From assembly GCF_963921235.1 (NCBI RefSeq), contig NC_086108.1, forward strand, positions 22,506,001 to 22,570,000: DNA of 64,000 nt, in the 5' to 3' direction. Below the pieces are notes generated by a model. The model did no database searches. It was not told the DNA's origin and worked only from the letters and a program-made list of their open reading frames with translations. The stretch comes from Mobula hypostoma (taxonomy: Eukaryota). The position numbers and the translations under genes were made by a program. Every line of letters begins with the position of its first letter. Positions within the stretch are counted from its first letter, which is position 1. Positions 63,325 through 64,000 of this stretch are shown here, piece after piece.

Positions 63325-64000
63325 ATGGAGTCTATTATTAATTTTGTCTCCTGGAATACTAATGGTCTTAATCATCCTATTAAAAGGAAAAAAGTTTTTA
63401 AAGTGTTCCGGAGACTTAAAGCACAAATTTTATTTTTACAAGAGACCCATGTACGGAGGGGGGACAGACTACGTTTTTTCAAATTCTGGAAGGGACAACA
63501 ATTTCATTCGAACTCCAATGCTAAGATTCGAGGCGTCTCTATTTTTATAGACTCCTCAGTTACTTTTATACAACAGGATATTATCTCTGATCCGAATGGT
63601 AGATTTTTACTGGTTAGTGGTTTACTATTTAATAAAAAAGTAGTTTTGGTTAATGTTTATGCTCCTAATATGGATTGTCCGGAATTTTATAAATCATTGT
63701 TTGATCAGTTTCCGAATTTGAACGAGTTTTCATTGATTTGGGGCGGAGATCTTAATACCTGTTTATCTCCAGCTTTGGACCGTTCGGCTCCTTTACGGAC
63801 TTTACCTAATAAATCTGCAAATTTGATTAATTTTTTCCTTTCTGATTCTGGGTCGACGGACATTTGGCGTTTTCTGCATCCTCAGGAAAAAGATTTTTCC
63901 TTCTTTTCACATGTTCATCATTCCTATTCAAGAATTGATTATTTTTTCATTGATTCTCGTCTCATTCCTTCAGTGATTAAATGTGATTATGATTCTATAA
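63325..64000 (+). CDS. L1 ORF2p N-terminal APE endonuclease (partial; open to the window end, missing from the ORF track)
   Basis: Manual translation MESIINFVSWNTNGLNHPIKR..FLQETH..DPNGRF..NVYAPN..GGDLN..DIWR..YSRIDYFF; no stop in 225 codons. Confidence 0.92.
   Translation, partial: MESIINFVSWNTNGLNHPIKRKKVFKVFRRLKAQILFLQETHVRRGDRLRFFKFWKGQQFHSNSNAKIRGVSIFIDSSVTFIQQDIISDPNGRFLLVSGLLFNKKVVLVNVYAPNMDCPEFYKSLFDQFPNLNEFSLIWGGDLNTCLSPALDRSAPLRTLPNKSANLINFFLSDSGSTDIWRFLHPQEKDFSFFSHVHHSYSRIDYFFIDSRLIPSVIKCDYDSI

Larger units (their letters stand above)
61546..64000 (+). mobile_element. Young L1-clade LINE, 5' end present, runs off the window
   Basis: CpG-containing 5'UTR starting gagagacttccgg, intact ORF1, ~720-bp T-rich spacer, open ORF2. 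Confidence 0.92.

Noticed and set aside
1..64000. CRISPR arrays, rRNA genes or prokaryotic operons
   Set aside because: No regularly spaced repeat-spacer array, rRNA similarity or gene-dense segment; the sequence is eukaryotic intron and TE DNA

Overview
Vertebrate genomic DNA, most likely a cartilaginous fish (ray/shark). This is inferred from HE1/V-SINE-like and DeuSINE-like repeats and the CR1/Penelope-dominated landscape. The window holds the 5' end of a + strand ADAMTS-like gene of the ADAMTSL2 subfamily: a CpG-rich promoter near 2.3-2.7 kb, a signal-peptide exon (2949-3047), and a TSR1 exon (23121-23263, [30 protein letters not shown]). No further exon was recognised in the remaining ~40 kb. 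The rest is largely transposon-derived and often nested: CR1, Rex1/Babar-like, Nimb/I-like and L1 LINEs, Penelope (GIY-YIG) elements, Tc1/pogo DNA transposons, a solo LTR and several SINE families. Most ORFs in the supplied track are TE fragments or chance ORFs. The most notable signal is at the RNA level: (i) minimal hammerhead ribozyme motifs in Penelope pseudo-LTRs and in tiny derivatives, one a 109-bp insertion with a 13-bp TSD; (ii) a candidate HDV-like ribozyme fold inside a tRNA-Arg-headed SINE whose sister copy has a different tail; (iii) a more degraded HDV-like candidate in an RTE-related element. A young L1 with intact ORF1 and an open ORF2 endonuclease domain runs off the right end. 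TE family names come from motif recognition, not database searches, and boundaries of decayed elements are approximate.
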